DNA of 64,000 nt, taken from an uncultured Candidatus Saccharibacteria bacterium. GTDB lineage: Bacteria > Patescibacteriota > Saccharimonadia > CAILAD01 > GCA-016700035. The position numbers were made by a program, and so were the translations under genes. The DNA lies in the NCBI GenBank assembly GCA_964535385.1, contig CAZHSY010000001.1, positions 29,007 through 93,006 of the forward strand, in the 5' to 3' direction. Shown here piece after piece: positions 29,013 to 40,875 of the stretch. Position 1 is the stretch's first letter, and the number at the start of each line of letters is the position of its first letter. The notes below the pieces were generated by a model. The model was given only the letters and a program-made list of their open reading frames with translations. It did not search any database and was not told where the DNA came from.

Positions 29013-29156
29013 ATATTCCAAACGTTTTGTCAAAAAACAACTTAGTAATACTTGATTACCAAGTCGTCACAGTATAGCAAATAACGGTCTTTTTGTCAAT
29101 ACTCTATGACAGTTTATTTATTAGGGGCCCTACGGACCTACAATCTTTTGCGTAGC

Positions 29157-30656
29157 CTAGTTTGACTGTTTAATGCGCTGTTCGATCGTCGCCCGTAGAT
29201 TTCGTTCGGCCGTTGTCAACAGCCGACGATCTTCGTCTGTAGCTTGAGGCGGCCAGGTTTTTCCAGCGTAGTATGCAAGAGCATCTTTTTCTGAATCACA
29301 GATGGTAGAGATTAGCTGTCGGAGTTGTAAGCCGATTTGATAGTTTTCACTAGCCTGGCTACTCTCGGCTGATTGCTGAGCCTGAATGTCACTAAAGGGA
29401 TTATAAACAATGATGCCAGAATCATATTGCTGAGCACTTACCTCGGCACCTCCAAGGCCCTTGGCCTTGGCTTGAATGGGTATACGCCAGCTGGGTCGAT
29501 CTTCTGAAGGCAGAGTGTTAATGAGTTCAACATCAAAGGAGTGCTTACCTGACTCCCGACGGCCATCCATCGGTGCATCCTGTCGCCAGGTAGCAAACCG
29601 AACTTGATACTGACCCGGATCGGCGTTATCGATCGTGCAATATTGTCGTACTGCCAACAGATAGCTGACCAGCTCAAAGAGATCACCATTTGGAGCCTGA
29701 TTATGGTTGATGAGATCTTGGGCGGCCTCTGCCAAACTACCCAACTCCTGATGTATTAGCACGTCATAGCGCTCACTAAAAGTCCCTGCTTGTGAGTATC
29801 TTGCGAGGTGCGCTTCCATCGCAGGAGGGAACCGAGGCGAGACTGGCTCACTAGCAGTTTCTTCGGCTTGCTGTGATTGCTCCATACCAAACTGAGTTAG
29901 TAGCTGAATGTGCTCCAAGGCAGCACCATGGGTTATCTTAAGACACCGATAGCGCTGGGTGATCAAATCTTGCTGCTCTACTTCCGAGAGATTAGCTTCT
30001 TGAAGTCGCTCACCGATCAGAGCGTTCATACTTGAGGCCTTGCGACGAGCGTCGGAGATCAATTGATTGCGCTCACCAAAGGCGTGCTCGCGAGCTGGAT
30101 CACGCGAGCTGTCGAGTTTCATATCGAGACTGGTTAGAACGTCACTGATAGAACGTGAGGCCTTCTCTTGACCGACCAAAGCATCAAAGGAATCCACACC
30201 TCGAAACTTCAGGGTTGCGCTCAGGAGTAGGTCCGAAGCTTGCTCGAGGCGCTCCCCTTGATTATGTAGACTATTGAGAGTACCAAGCGAACGATACCAT
30301 TCGTCAGTGGTACGGGCGATCTCCCGAGCTTCATGACTACCAGGTTGGAGACTAGCCAGTAGACCTTCCTGATCAGCATACATATCGACCGTGGCCTGTA
30401 AACGATCATGACGGCGGGCATTACCTACAAAGGCTTCGACTGCGGCCGGATGGGCAGCGTGAGTCTCGGCCGCATTACGCCAGTAAGCGTCTTGAACCTG
30501 ACCCTCCTCGGTAGGAGTGTTAATATTAGATGCTAAAACATCGAGTGAGAGATGTCGCGGTGTCGCAGCCAGACTCTTCAGCTCTCCCGACAGATCTGAT
30601 GTGGTTTCATCTGGCAGTCTATCCGAACCAAGCGACTGAGATTCAATAATACTCAT
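29157..30656 (-). CDS. hypothetical protein
   Basis: 499 aa ORF at background GC. Confidence 0.5.
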   Translation of the reverse strand: MSIIESQSLGSDRLPDETTSDLSGELKSLAATPRHLSLDVLASNINTPTEEGQVQDAYWRNAAETHAAHPAAVEAFVGNARRHDRLQATVDMYADQEGLLASLQPGSHEAREIARTTDEWYRSLGTLNSLHNQGERLEQASDLLLSATLKFRGVDSFDALVGQEKASRSISDVLTSLDMKLDSSRDPAREHAFGERNQLISDARRKASSMNALIGERLQEANLSEVEQQDLITQRYRCLKITHGAALEHIQLLTQFGMEQSQQAEETASEPVSPRFPPAMEAHLARYSQAGTFSERYDVLIHQELGSLAEAAQDLINHNQAPNGDLFELVSYLLAVRQYCTIDNADPGQYQVRFATWRQDAPMDGRRESGKHSFDVELINTLPSEDRPSWRIPIQAKAKGLGGAEVSAQQYDSGIIVYNPFSDIQAQQSAESSQASENYQIGLQLRQLISTICDSEKDALAYYAGKTWPPQATDEDRRLLTTAERNLRATIEQRIKQSN

Positions 30657-30762
30657 GCTTCTAGATTAGCATACTGTCGAACATCAAGTATCACCTAAAT
30701 TAACTGACCAAAACAAAAAAACACCTCACTACCCGAAGGTAGTGAGGTAATGCTCCTGATGA

Positions 30763-31005
30763 TCAGGAGGCAGGAAGCGGCGCCGCTCGATACGGCGCGC
30801 CGGCCGGCCGAGCTGGCCGAGCCGTCTGCGTGGTGGTCTCGCCACTAGCCGCGACGGCCGGATTGGCCTCCAGCCACTTGTAGCCCCGCGACAGATCACC
30901 GTTGCCGTGCTTGGCCATGATCTGAGCGTCGGTCAGCCCCTCGTCACGCCACTGCGTGATCTGCTGTGCGATCTCTCGATCGCTCTTCTTCTTGCCAATG
31001 GCCAT
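30763..31005 (-). CDS. small hypothetical protein (high-GC)
   Basis: Probable start MAIGKKKSDREIAQQITQWRDEGLTDAQIMAKHG... A terminator hairpin lies at 30722-30748. Overlaps the 3' end of the next gene. Confidence 0.3.
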   Translation of the reverse strand: MAIGKKKSDREIAQQITQWRDEGLTDAQIMAKHGNGDLSRGYKWLEANPAVAASGETTTQTARPARPAGAPYRAAPLPAS

Positions 31006-32956
31006 GAGCCATCCCTTCATGTGTTGAGGTACTGTGGTGTATTGCCTCCACCTGCAATCGCTGAAGTAGCCGATTAACCAGTGGTGAACGAAACGGACTG
31101 GGCATCGCCGTGAGGTGCGCCCAGCTCTGACGAATACTTGACCAGTCAAGGTCAAGTTGGGAATAACCTGGCAATTCTACTAGATCAGGGTTATCCTGTC
31201 CACCAGAAGCGAGCCAGCTACCGAAGCTCCAGCTCGCTTGATCAGCTTCTGAAGTCACCTGCTGCACCCGGAAGTGAGCATCTGTCACCACCTCATGAGC
31301 CACGACTTGTGACGAGGTTAGGTCAGACAGCTCACTAAGAGCAAACTGCTGCCGAGTCCACCTATCCGTCGCATAGAGATGCATGAGCACCCCCAGCCCG
31401 ACTTGCATAGCCGGACGACCAAACTCCAGTACCGGATGAGGCCACTGAAATCTCTGCCGATCGCCTAAGAGGGTGTCCAGGTAGCGACCCGTACTACCAG
31501 CCACTTCGCAGAGCGGTTGCACGATCAGATCTTGCTGAACCTGTTCACGAAACTGAGGGTGTGCCTCATATCGCTCATCACACATATCCCAGAATAGCCC
31601 CGTATCTCTCTGACGGCTGCCACTCACCTGGTAGTACTGAGAGATCCAGCGAGACTGCAGCGATGCAGCTGTCGTGCGTTCCAGGCTCAAATCACGTCGT
31701 ACTCCACGACTGAGGTTCGTCTGGGCGTCTATTGTGGCGTCGTTAAAATCAAGCAGCACAGGATACCGAGCCATCGCTTGACCAAGCCAGCGTGCATACG
31801 CGCGGAGCGTGTCCTCGTCAGGCGCATATGAGGCCTGAGCTTCAAGTAGAAGCTCAGTATATTCAAGCACATCATTCACTTCGGCATCAAAGTCACTCCA
31901 TGCATCATCCCAGCACCAAGTCCGATGACTCAAGGTTAATCCTGGCTGGGTATCACCGAGCTCAGTAAGCAACTGATGGGCGCGACCCGGACTCACCACA
32001 TCATATGAGTGACGAGCTTGATAGCCAGATTTATCGAGAAAGTAAACCTTCTCTTGCCAGGGATCGCACACCAGCCACTCATCTGAGTTCAACTCCATCA
32101 CGACCATAGCATGCGGATCGGTGGTGGCACCTGCTGCCGTATCAGGGGTCATTTCCTCGTAGGTATCGAAGTCTGCTCGCATGAAAGTCAGCAGAGCTCC
32201 CGGCAACCCAATGCCACGAGCTTCACAGAAGCCCACGATGCGTCGACGCTGTTGGACGAAGCGGCGCCAGTGATATGAACTATCACTATCCACCAACCAA
32301 GCCAGCATGTAGGGTACTTCGGCCAATTCACACCAAGCAGCACACAGAATCGCTACCCCCAAGCAGGTCGGGAAAGTCGTCGTCTCCGGATACCGACCAA
32401 AGAGGTGTGGTAGAGCTGACCAGGGATCACGCTTTACGTCGTAGTGTTCAGCGTCTTCGCTAGCGCCTCGTTCCTCTCGATTGAGAAGCGCCTGAACCTG
32501 ATGCGATCTTGTCCATTGACTAGGAAACAGGAGATTAAAAGCCACGGAGACTTCAGCGGCTCGAGCATCCGGATCATTGATCCAGTGCATACGCTGTGCC
32601 GACATCTTCGCCTCTACTGGCAATGATTCCTGAGCTGCGGTAATGATTCGCGCACCAAAGCTCTCCACTTCCGCCACTTGGCGCAAGGATTCAAGACTCG
32701 GTGTCGCGGTTGGCATAAGGCCCCGCAAGTGTTTGTACGCTGTCTTATCCGGCTGACTTGAGAGCAACCGTGAAGACGTCTGCACTCCCACGCGCCCAAC
32801 GAGCTCCTGGTGGCGGCTCGGATTCCTAGCCGCACTCAAGAGCTCCAGTTCGCGTACATCACGCAAGCGATTGTGGCGCTCCTTGTCATGCTTCGGTGGC
32901 ACAGGGCCAAACCGCTTGATAACATCGGTGATTGCCATATACAGGCCTTTCTTCAA
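30944..32956 (-). CDS. hypothetical protein
   Basis: 670 aa ORF. No motif recognised. Confidence 0.5.
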   Translation of the reverse strand: MKKGLYMAITDVIKRFGPVPPKHDKERHNRLRDVRELELLSAARNPSRHQELVGRVGVQTSSRLLSSQPDKTAYKHLRGLMPTATPSLESLRQVAEVESFGARIITAAQESLPVEAKMSAQRMHWINDPDARAAEVSVAFNLLFPSQWTRSHQVQALLNREERGASEDAEHYDVKRDPWSALPHLFGRYPETTTFPTCLGVAILCAAWCELAEVPYMLAWLVDSDSSYHWRRFVQQRRRIVGFCEARGIGLPGALLTFMRADFDTYEEMTPDTAAGATTDPHAMVVMELNSDEWLVCDPWQEKVYFLDKSGYQARHSYDVVSPGRAHQLLTELGDTQPGLTLSHRTWCWDDAWSDFDAEVNDVLEYTELLLEAQASYAPDEDTLRAYARWLGQAMARYPVLLDFNDATIDAQTNLSRGVRRDLSLERTTAASLQSRWISQYYQVSGSRQRDTGLFWDMCDERYEAHPQFREQVQQDLIVQPLCEVAGSTGRYLDTLLGDRQRFQWPHPVLEFGRPAMQVGLGVLMHLYATDRWTRQQFALSELSDLTSSQVVAHEVVTDAHFRVQQVTSEADQASWSFGSWLASGGQDNPDLVELPGYSQLDLDWSSIRQSWAHLTAMPSPFRSPLVNRLLQRLQVEAIHHSTSTHEGMAHGHWQEEERSRDRTADHAVA

Positions 32957-33234
32957 GGTGCATCTGTCACGAAAAGTAACCGCGCTATTTTACAATCTCC
33001 ACCCCAGACACTCAAGGATAAGCAATATAAAAAGAGCCCCGAAAATGAGGCTCTTTTTATAGATCTGGTAAGAAAGTTTTCACTTAGTACCAGGTTACTT
33101 TCTAGTGCTCTGGCCAAGGCGCTAGCCCCGCATGAAATTGAGGCGTATATGTAATACGATGAGATTTCATAGGAGCGTACAACGCCGGCCAGGGTGCTAG
33201 AAAGAAGCCGTACAGTGAAAGCCGACTACCCGTC

Positions 33235-35138
<1,904 letters not shown>

Positions 35139-35212
35139 CGTTCCTCCTTTTTCATAACTCGTTATTCGTCATTACTCGAAATAAAAAATGTTAACGTCTT
35201 CCTCGGAAAACA

Positions 35213-35239
35213 TTAGCACTCTCAATAGTCGAGTGCTAA
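35213..35239. promoter_or_regulatory. CIRCE element (HrcA operator)
   Basis: TTAGCACTC-tcaatagtc-GAGTGCTAA, a perfect match to the CIRCE consensus, just downstream of the groES promoter. Confidence 0.9.
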
Positions 35240-35243
35240 ATCC

Positions 35244-35272
35244 AGTATAGAAATCTGATGGGCGACCGTCAA
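35244..35272 (-). promoter_or_regulatory. groESL sigma70 promoter
   Basis: On the minus strand: TTGACG, a 17 nt spacer, TATACT, then 4 nt before CIRCE. Confidence 0.7.
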
Positions 35273-35332
35273 GTAATAAAAAGAACCCCCGATCGAAATC
35301 GGGGGTATGAGACAAGATATTTGGACCTTGTC

Positions 35333-35758
35333 TCAGGATTCGGCCGCCGCCTCGGTCACTCTTGGAGGTAGCGGCTCGTCGAGGTTAAAGCTCCCTTCAT
35401 AGTCGGGGAACTGGATCTCGACAGAGCACGTTTTCTGCAACAGTGCAGGTGGCCCAGCCTCCACAACTGCAGCGAAGTGGAAGTGCTGGGCGTCAACACT
35501 GACTGCTCCATCGACAGAACGAAGCTCGCCCAGGCGAACTTCATCCTCCAAGGGAATGGCTTCGTTGTCATCGCTGAAGAAGTGAATGAAGATGCTGTAC
35601 GGTGCCGAGCCTGTGGCCAACGCCATCAACAACTTCTCTCGAGTTTGGGCGCTTCGAAGGCGCCAATGCTGTCGTTCCATGAAGGACCTTTCTGGTGTAG
35701 AGGGCCCAGCCGCAGACGCGGCCGGGCCCTGATGATCAGGACTTGGGTTGCTGACCAA
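35333..35758 (-). CDS. hypothetical protein (high-GC)
   Basis: 141 aa ORF. A terminator hairpin lies at 35283-35304. Confidence 0.4.
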   Translation of the reverse strand: MVSNPSPDHQGPAASAAGPSTPERSFMERQHWRLRSAQTREKLLMALATGSAPYSIFIHFFSDDNEAIPLEDEVRLGELRSVDGAVSVDAQHFHFAAVVEAGPPALLQKTCSVEIQFPDYEGSFNLDEPLPPRVTEAAAES

Positions 35759-36839
35759 CCTGCAACTGGAGTTGCTGATCGGTACCAGAGTCGCCTCCGA
35801 CGATCACCACACAGTTCGGGGTTGCGCCGCCCTGAGGTGGAGCATCCTTGCAGGCCTGAAGCAGTTCTTGCTGAGACTGGATCTGGCGCTCGGCGGAATA
35901 GCCAGGCTGACTGTAGAGCTCGCCGGCGTGAGCCGCCTTGGAGCGTTCCAGATCTACCCGTGCATCCTCCACACGCTGCTCATCAGCGATTCTGGCCAAC
36001 TCGGCAGAGGACTTCTCAGCGTTGTCACGTCGCTGCGTGAGCAAGGACTGTGCTTCGGGACTGGTCAAGGAGTTGAAGACAACCGTGAACGGTTCGCACT
36101 TGCCACCACTCGAGATGATCGCCGTAGAGCAGAAGATGTGCAGGTCCTCTGACATACCCATGATGGAGGGCAGCTCCTTGAAGGCCCGATCAGCGATCTG
36201 CTTGGCAATCTCCGGCCACTTGGACGGATCATTGATCACGAAAACATCGTAGAGTGGGACGACCTGAACGTAGGCGTGTTCCAGGGCTTTGTTGAGGCTC
36301 TCACGCAACATGTTCATCCAACCCGGATCGGACGACATGGCTTGTTCCTTGGGATCATCGGACTCGTTGTCCTCACCCGTGGTGCAGTTGTACTTCTGGC
36401 AATACTGATAGAAGGCGAAGAGCGCCCGGCAGGCGCCATTCTTGTCTTCTCTCAGACACTCATCAGTACCGCCATCGGGTCGGTTGATCGCGAAGTAGGT
36501 GATGAATGAACCATGCACCGTGTAACCAGGTGTCTTGCCATCATCAGACGGCTTCGACGGAGCCATCAGCTCCTTCTGACTATCTGCGCCATCGACGTCC
36601 TGGATGTTCCAGTTCCGAGCGTTGGCGTAGATGTATTCGACATCGTCGTCAGAATCCTTGCTGACCTCGTTGCCAGGCATGGCGATCTTCTTGACCTCGC
36701 GTGCGTCGCCAGTTCCCGCACCAAGCACGTAAGCCATGCGGTAGGGTGTCGGCTTAGCCGTGGAACATGCCACGAGCAGCACACCGAGCACTGCCAGGCA
36801 GAGCAAAGCTCCACCGATCCTGCGGGTTTTCATCTTCAC
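35736..36839 (-). CDS. secreted lipoprotein, hypothetical
   Basis: 367 aa. Signal peptide plus lipobox (LLVACSTAKP). High-GC. Confidence 0.5.
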   Translation of the reverse strand: MKMKTRRIGGALLCLAVLGVLLVACSTAKPTPYRMAYVLGAGTGDAREVKKIAMPGNEVSKDSDDDVEYIYANARNWNIQDVDGADSQKELMAPSKPSDDGKTPGYTVHGSFITYFAINRPDGGTDECLREDKNGACRALFAFYQYCQKYNCTTGEDNESDDPKEQAMSSDPGWMNMLRESLNKALEHAYVQVVPLYDVFVINDPSKWPEIAKQIADRAFKELPSIMGMSEDLHIFCSTAIISSGGKCEPFTVVFNSLTSPEAQSLLTQRRDNAEKSSAELARIADEQRVEDARVDLERSKAAHAGELYSQPGYSAERQIQSQQELLQACKDAPPQGGATPNCVVIVGGDSGTDQQLQLQVGQQPKS

Positions 36840-37246
36840 TGTCCTCTCTGTTGGGTTCGTGGGTACTGCTGAACTTCTTCATCATCCTCATCGACTGGTA
36901 GCCCGAGTTTGTCGTGCTCCAGCTTGTTGAGAAGCTGACGAATTTGCTTGTAATCGTTGCCCATGGAAATCTCAACCGTTGGTTCCTCATCAGCAAAGTC
37001 AACGACCCGCTTCAAAAGTTCCGTAGCCCGGTTGAACATCACTAGCAACTCTTCTTGCGAATAGCGGTGTCCGTAGGGCGCCATGTGCGCATCCCAATCG
37101 AGCTGCTTAAGGCGAAGCTCGTGAATGCGTTCCTGTTTACGCTCATGTGCGTCGTACCAGGTCTTGATCCCCCATCCTGCTAGGACGAGGAGAACGACGG
37201 CCAGCACGATCCAAATAGGAGCATACATAGCCAAATATTTAAGCAT
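36836..37246 (-). CDS. membrane-anchored hypothetical protein
   Basis: 136 aa. N-terminal TM helix (PIWIVLAVVLLVLAGWGI). Confidence 0.45.
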   Translation of the reverse strand: MLKYLAMYAPIWIVLAVVLLVLAGWGIKTWYDAHERKQERIHELRLKQLDWDAHMAPYGHRYSQEELLVMFNRATELLKRVVDFADEEPTVEISMGNDYKQIRQLLNKLEHDKLGLPVDEDDEEVQQYPRTQQRGQ

Positions 37247-37419
37247 ACCCCTCCTCCCAGAGAGTCATTGTGTAGGTGCGGATACAGCGGTAACGGTCAC
37301 TGAGCCGGAGCTATCGTATCGATTAAGCTCATCCCTGGCTCCCTCAACCAAAAACAGAGATCAGTTAATCTTAAAAACGTAAGGTAAAGTATAATATTTA
37401 CCTAATTATGTCAAGTAAT

Positions 37420-37655
37420 GACTGCAACAAGTAGGGCTTGTTGCCACCCTGAGCGGTCCCGTTATCCACTCATCACTCTGCTCGTGTTCTGTAAAAATCG
37501 TTTTCAGCGCTTGATGAATGGACAGAAAGATCAGGATTTTGGGTAAAAAAACACCGCTTGCCGCGGACCTAAGGCTTAGTCCTGGGCGAAACGGGAATTT
37601 CGATACCTATAGCGTATTTAACTGTAAGGGTAGTATAGCACGTTTCGTCAAGTTT
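37420..37655 (-). repeat. structured 5' leader element, copy A (duplicated upstream of two membrane-protein genes)
   Basis: About 85% identical to 39647..39895 in two conserved blocks around a diverged middle. A minus-strand promoter, TTGATA-17-TATACT, lies at about 37631-37665. Long-range complementarity UCCCGUU/AACGGGA suggests an RNA fold. Confidence 0.6.
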
Positions 37656-37764
37656 ATCAAGCTTTTCATCAAGAAATGGTGGTGAGTTAATCAAAAAGAA
37701 AACCCCTACGAAAAGTAGGGGTGGGTGGTGGGTGAAGCCCGAAGGCCCCACCCACCACAAGTGG

Positions 37765-39534
37765 TTAGCCAGTAGCAGACGATCGGCGATGACGTTCCTG
37801 GTTGAGGCGCGTCAGTTCGTCGAGCGTGGCGTCGAGCTTGCTCTGAAGATCTGCATCCGAGAGCGTAGCCAGATCGCCTGACGCCGGGGTAGTGGGATCT
37901 GCCACCTCCCCCGGATCCTGCTCGGACGGCGTGCCGCTGTACAGCACCCGCCCGATTTGGCCGCCGTTGAGCTCCATCGCCTGATCAAGCTGACCAGGAC
38001 GGATGCGAAGCAAGTAGCGCGGCTGCCCGGATCGAACCGCGAAGGCCGACCAGGTACCATCCTCTGCTGGGATGAACTCTTGCAACTCCCCTTCCTGCCC
38101 CTTGTTGAGGAAGGCCGGGTCGATACGCGAGAGGACATCGCGAGCGCGTCGCTCCAAGTCCTGCTCGGTGAGCAGTCCCTTGTCATCCTCGTTATGCACT
38201 TGGACACGCATGGGATTGAACTGACCGTAGGTCACTTGGTTCGAAGCCACCACCGACAGGGCGATGATGGTCTCGGCGCGACTAGCGCGCGGTGTCAACG
38301 GCGTGGCGTAGTAGACCTGTTGATCGAGGTTCGAGCGCAGCACATAGTCGGCTGCATTGCCCTTATTCGACGACAGGTCTACAGGGTCGAAACCAAACGA
38401 AGCATCGGCCCACTTGCGGCCAGCGCCCCAGTTGATCATCTCCCGTTGTTTCTGCGCCACACTGATAGGATAGACCGGGCCCTCGAGCTCGCCGGCCTTA
38501 ACCGAGTGCTTGTACTCGATGACCGGTTCACCCGACTCCGAGCCACGCACCACGATGACACCAGCTGGCACCTGGATACTCCGGGCACCATACCAGCGGT
38601 CTACCGTTGCCGGAAGCACGATGGTCGGCACGTCACCCTTGGCGCAATAGCCGTAGGCGTTGTACAGATCCCAGACTACGTCAGGAATCTCACGACGGAT
38701 CTGATCCGCAAGCGAGTTACCGAAATCGCCTGTCAGGGCGTAGTTCAGTTTGTGGTCACCTTCGAACCGGCACTGGTGCACCGTCTCCGGTGTCCCGTCC
38801 CACTCGACGATCGAGTCGATGTGAACCCGACGACCATTGCCGTCTCGGATGGCCGACCAACGTCCAGCGCCGCCCTCAGCGGGCAGATAGGCGTAGGTCT
38901 CGTCCAAGATGTCGGCTTTGGAGTCGCCGGTGGAGCGCTCGGCCATGACCTTCTGGGCACCTACCAGCGAGGCGGGACGCTCATCGAAACCTGCTTCCAG
39001 GAAGTCGATGGGACCCGTTTTCACATGGGCCTTGGGGTCATGATCACCGTCGAGATTAGCCAGGATACGCGGTTGCGCGTCCTTGTCGGCGTACTCGATG
39101 GTGATGGAGTTGACGAACGGCCGTGGCTCCAGCTTGAAGTCAGTCGTGAACGACATGACGACCAAGAGAGCGGCCAGACCAGCAGCGATACCAGACACCA
39201 CCACGTTGGTGAGTCCAGCCCGTGCATAGAACCGATCGACGGCTTTATCCTCTTCGGAAAGCTCTCGGGCGTAGAACCGGTTGCGCTCCGGCCTGGAACT
39301 GTAGGCCACGAAGGCCGCCAAGCCAAAGCACGCTGCCACAACGATCGACCAGAAGATCTGGCCAGAACGCGAGGTGAGCACGAAGCCCACCTCGTAGTAA
39401 CGCCGGGCGTTGAACCCAGCTTGCGGCCAGAGGGCGCCGATCAGAGCGCCGACTGCCAGCCACAGCACTGTGATGGCGAAAAACGCCGCCACAGTGCTGG
39501 CTATGCCGTACACGTACGGCCGGTATTTCTTCAT
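37765..39534 (-). CDS. large membrane protein, hypothetical (high-GC)
   Basis: 589 aa. Ribosome-binding site GGAGGGAAGATG. N-terminal TM helices (IASTVAAFFAITVLWLAVGALIGALW, and more). The 531 aa plus-strand ORF is judged to be antisense artefact. Confidence 0.55.
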   Translation of the reverse strand: MKKYRPYVYGIASTVAAFFAITVLWLAVGALIGALWPQAGFNARRYYEVGFVLTSRSGQIFWSIVVAACFGLAAFVAYSSRPERNRFYARELSEEDKAVDRFYARAGLTNVVVSGIAAGLAALLVVMSFTTDFKLEPRPFVNSITIEYADKDAQPRILANLDGDHDPKAHVKTGPIDFLEAGFDERPASLVGAQKVMAERSTGDSKADILDETYAYLPAEGGAGRWSAIRDGNGRRVHIDSIVEWDGTPETVHQCRFEGDHKLNYALTGDFGNSLADQIRREIPDVVWDLYNAYGYCAKGDVPTIVLPATVDRWYGARSIQVPAGVIVVRGSESGEPVIEYKHSVKAGELEGPVYPISVAQKQREMINWGAGRKWADASFGFDPVDLSSNKGNAADYVLRSNLDQQVYYATPLTPRASRAETIIALSVVASNQVTYGQFNPMRVQVHNEDDKGLLTEQDLERRARDVLSRIDPAFLNKGQEGELQEFIPAEDGTWSAFAVRSGQPRYLLRIRPGQLDQAMELNGGQIGRVLYSGTPSEQDPGEVADPTTPASGDLATLSDADLQSKLDATLDELTRLNQERHRRSSATG

Positions 39535-39646
39535 CTTCCCTCCAGGGGGTGATAGGTACAGGCATAACGATATCGGTCGTTATCACCGTGGCTTTCCTTG
39601 CGGTCAGCTCACATCTGATCTCATTACAAGAAATCACACGCGAGAT

Positions 39647-39895
39647 GACTGCGTGCAACAAGTAGGGCTTGTTGCCACCCTGAGTGGTCCCGTTATCCAC
39701 TCATTACTCTGCTCGTCCAGATGAGACTGTCGTCTTCAGCGCTTAATCAGTGGATAGTGTCTGAAAATTTTGGCAAAAAAAATACCGTCTGCCGAGGACC
39801 TAAGGCTTAGTCCAAGAGCGAAACGGGAATTTCGATACCTATAGCGTATTTAATTGTGAGAGTATCTTAGCGTACTTTGCGTATTTCGTCAAGTA
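39647..39895 (-). repeat. structured 5' leader element, copy B
   Basis: Direct repeat of 37420..37655. A minus-strand promoter, TTGACG-17-TAAGAT, lies near 39860-39890. The leader is about 280 nt long and ends at the ribosome-binding site of gene 37765..39534. Confidence 0.6.
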
Positions 39896-40839
39896 CTTTT
39901 GACAGACTTTTTTGGAGACCGTTTGCGAGTACGAATAACTGGCTTGACCGTAGCTGGCTGCGCAATTCCCCGCAGTACCTCCCACTGCTTACGGATATCT
40001 TGGCTATGATCATAGGCATGCAAGTTGATAATGTCTGGGCGCAGCCTTACGAAGGCTGCCTCTTGCAAATTATAACCCTGCTGGCTGACGTGCTTCAGAT
40101 GTATCCGATAGCCACGATCATCCCACTGGTCTAGCCAGCGCCAACCAGACCGATGAATCGTTTGACCACCGCGGGGCCATAGATGGTTTGGCGTACCCTC
40201 TCGCACCACTGGAGAGGTTTGTAAAACCTCCGACCAAGCTCGAGAACCATACACGGGTATAGCGGTGAGTAGCCAATAGATCAGATGCGGATGGGTTTCT
40301 CTCATGATGTCTCGATCCACATTCACCCCACGGGTTGTCAGGAACATCTCAAGGCTAAAACGCCCCGAGCGCACACCTGGTCGCTCTAATTGCCCGACCA
40401 TACGCAGCCACTGCCAAATAATAGCCTTAGCAACAAAGATTCGATTTGCAGTAGTCACCACCAGCAGGTCAATATCACTGGCATCAGATACATTACCGTA
40501 CGCAGCACTATTAATCACCACGATCGACTTCACGCACGGTATCAGACCGAGCCACCGCGCCCAAAACCGAGCCTTCTTCAGTAGCGTCTCCTGGAGTAAG
40601 TACTGTGAATCACTACGTGTGTAGCGGTGCCCATGTAATCCATACTCGTTCCCCTGGCGTTGGAGACGCTTTTCATTCATCAACTCTCGCACAGCCGATA
40701 CAATTGCCAGGTGATTGGCTCGGACAGGTAAGAATTCCACCAAGCGCTCCTGAGTAATCATGACATTGAAAACCGCGTAATAGGCCACCATATCCAGGAT
40801 GGCTTCGCGAACGGCTTGGTGTTTGGCCTCAGCTTGCAT
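39889..40839 (-). CDS. nucleotidyltransferase-domain protein (Pol-beta superfamily)
   Basis: 316 aa. Motif INSAAYGNVSDASDIDLLVV (G-S...D-x-D). Confidence 0.45.
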   Translation of the reverse strand: MQAEAKHQAVREAILDMVAYYAVFNVMITQERLVEFLPVRANHLAIVSAVRELMNEKRLQRQGNEYGLHGHRYTRSDSQYLLQETLLKKARFWARWLGLIPCVKSIVVINSAAYGNVSDASDIDLLVVTTANRIFVAKAIIWQWLRMVGQLERPGVRSGRFSLEMFLTTRGVNVDRDIMRETHPHLIYWLLTAIPVYGSRAWSEVLQTSPVVREGTPNHLWPRGGQTIHRSGWRWLDQWDDRGYRIHLKHVSQQGYNLQEAAFVRLRPDIINLHAYDHSQDIRKQWEVLRGIAQPATVKPVIRTRKRSPKKSVKST

Positions 40840-40875
40840 CTGATAATGATACTCGGCTTTTATAAAAGCAAAGAC

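Noticed and set aside
27903-29055. plus-strand ORFs 27903..28598 (231 aa) and 28093..29055 (320 aa)
   Set aside because: Arg/Pro/Ala-rich low-complexity translations inside a 65% GC block. The opposite strand carries better gene models with ribosome-binding sites and terminators.
35477-36872. plus-strand ORFs 35477..36040, 35748..36152, 35938..36252, 36513..36872
   Set aside because: Antisense to the lipoprotein and neighbouring minus-strand genes in a high-GC patch. No ribosome-binding sites.
37957-39552. 531 aa plus-strand ORF
   Set aside because: It is antisense to the 589 aa minus-strand membrane-protein gene. The minus-strand ORF has a GGAGGG ribosome-binding site and N-terminal TM helices. 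The plus ORF is Arg/His/Gly/Leu-rich, typical of the reverse frame of high-GC coding DNA.
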